DNA from: Mycobacteriales bacterium
GTDB taxonomy: Bacteria; Actinomycetota; Actinomycetes; JAFAQI01
NCBI GenBank assembly: GCA_035547035.1
Contig: DASZVL010000039.1
Span: 32,808-96,807, forward strand
DNA length: 64,000 nt
Direction: 5' to 3'
Both the position numbers and the translations under genes were made by a program. How positions within the stretch are numbered: the stretch's first letter is position 1; each line of letters opens with the position of its first letter. This document shows positions 62,921-64,000 of the stretch, in pieces. The notes under the pieces were generated by a model, which was not told where the DNA came from, searched no databases, and saw only the letters and a program-made list of their open reading frames with translations.

Positions 62921-63273
62921 CAGCACACTCCCCGATAGTGCTGGAGCTGAGTGCGCCCGTTGCGTGGCATGACGATGCTGATGACGTCGAACCGGACGGA
63001 CTGCGGAGTCGGATGCTCCCGAAGCCATCGGACCGCGAGCTCGCGGAGCTTCGCAGCCTTCTGCCAGGAGACCGCCTCGGCGGGAAGACCGTAGTCAGTC
63101 GACGATCGCGTCTTGACCTCGACGATGACCACGTCGGTGCCGTCTCGCGCGACGATGTCGATCTCGCCGGCATCGCAGCGCCAGTTGCGCGTGACGATGT
63201 GGAAACCTGCGCCGACGAGATGACGTGCGGCGAGATCCTCGCCGGCTCTACCTAGCTGATCCTTGGCTCGCAT
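62920..63273 (-). CDS. yraN: YraN family (UPF0102) endonuclease-fold protein
   Basis: 117 aa, ...GEDLAARHL...GFHIVTRNWRCDAGEIDIVARDG..VVIVEVKTR... Confidence 0.9.
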   Translation of the reverse strand: MRAKDQLGRAGEDLAARHLVGAGFHIVTRNWRCDAGEIDIVARDGTDVVIVEVKTRSSTDYGLPAEAVSWQKAAKLRELAVRWLREHPTPQSVRFDVISIVMPRNGRTQLQHYRGVC

Positions 63274-63358
63274 GCGACGACCGTGCGGGCGAGCGCTGAC
63301 TCATTCCGTGCGGGTCATCACGACCTGTGGGCGACGGCGCGCCGCCGCCCGCCTGTGG

Positions 63359-63670
63359 CTAACGGTCTTCGGGAAGCTCGAGGTCCGTCGCGGGAAGCTC
63401 TTCGACGTTGACGTCCTTGAAGGTCAGGACGCGGACGTTCTTGACGAACCGCGCCGGGCGATACATGTCCCACACCCACGCGTCGTGCATCACGGCCTCG
63501 AAGTAGGTCTCGCCGCCCTCGGAGTGCTGGATGACCTGCACCTCGTTGGTCAGGTAAAAACGCCGTTCGGTCTCGACGACGTAGCTGAACAGCCGTACGA
63601 CGTCGCGGTACTCCCGGTAGAGCTGCAGCTCCATCTCGGTCTCGTACTTCTCGAGATCCTCGGCGCTCAC
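63359..63670 (-). CDS. DUF2469 domain protein
   Basis: (V)[43 protein letters not shown]... The GTG at 63670 forms a GTGA overlap with the rnhB stop. An ATG at 63679 is the alternative start. Confidence 0.85.
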   Translation of the reverse strand: MSAEDLEKYETEMELQLYREYRDVVRLFSYVVETERRFYLTNEVQVIQHSEGGETYFEAVMHDAWVWDMYRPARFVKNVRVLTFKDVNVEELPATDLELPEDR

Positions 63671-64000
63671 GACACCCATTCTTCCTGATCCGGATACAGC
63701 TCGGCGTTGCGCACGTTCACGTAGGAGCGCCGGTGCTCCGGGCACGGGCCATGCTCGGCCAGCGCGCTTTGGTGCTCAGCCGTCACGTATCCCTTGTGGC
63801 TGGCGAACTCGTACTCCGGCCAGGTGTCGTGCATCGCGACCATCATGCGGTCCCGCGTCACCTTGGCCAACACCGACGCGGCGGCGATGCACGCTGCCAC
63901 GCGATCGCCCTTCCAGACCGCCAGACCCGGAGCGTCGAGGCCCGGGACGGGAAACCCGTCGGACAGCACGTACCCAGGTCGCTCCGACAGCGATGCGAGG
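63667..64000 (-). CDS. rnhB: Ribonuclease HII, C-terminal part (5' end beyond window)
   Basis: ...[24 protein letters not shown]...[12 protein letters not shown]... The reading frame continues to the window edge. Confidence 0.85.
   Translation of the reverse strand, partial: LASLSERPGYVLSDGFPVPGLDAPGLAVWKGDRVAACIAAASVLAKVTRDRMMVAMHDTWPEYEFASHKGYVTAEHQSALAEHGPCPEHRRSYVNVRNAELYPDQEEWVS

Overview
High-GC actinobacterial chromosomal core segment. It is almost gene-saturated and mostly transcribed on the minus strand. All calls come from reading the ORF translations and the DNA by eye; no searches were run.

Gene order follows the conserved Mycobacterium/Streptomyces-type backbone:
- recX-recA-DUF3046, divergent lhr-nei, then clgR-cinA-pgsA-rimO-rodZ-like-ftsK-rnj-dapA-folA-thyA
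- dapB-M16 peptidase-pnp-rpsO-ribF-truB-rbfA-infB-ylxR-nusA-rimP, then proS
- a 4-gene peptide ABC importer, GNAT-ispG-rip1(M50)-dxr, then rlmN-cdsA-frr-pyrH-tsf-rpsB
- whiG-xerC-dprA-comM-yraN-DUF2469-rnhB

I saw no rRNA, tRNA, CRISPR array, transposase or prophage. Most of the long ORFs in the track are antisense or out-of-frame GC artefacts, and several real genes needed their N-termini trimmed.

Accessory or non-backbone content is limited to:
- tandem VOC genes plus a CPBP/DinB pair (1-1979)
- a TetR-flanked block at 20.5-27.7 kb: DoxX, zincin, small unknown protein, S9 peptidase, orphan solute-binding lipoprotein, TetR, class-V aminotransferase
- a Tat-lipoprotein/DUF4439 pair
- a visibly lower-GC secreted protein wedged between dxr and rlmN that resembles G1 (eqolisin) glutamic peptidases

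I did not find a convincing novel multi-gene system. The most checkable oddities are:
- recX has no canonical start codon
- a 509-bp recA upstream region carries a near-consensus SOS box and a 4 x 18-bp tandem repeat
- a RecA-NDp-like promoter is placed so that lhr would be leaderless
- a 19/21-nt inverted repeat lies downstream of a TetR gene
- the SBP-S9 peptidase-unknown-zincin operon
- the G1-like secreted protein
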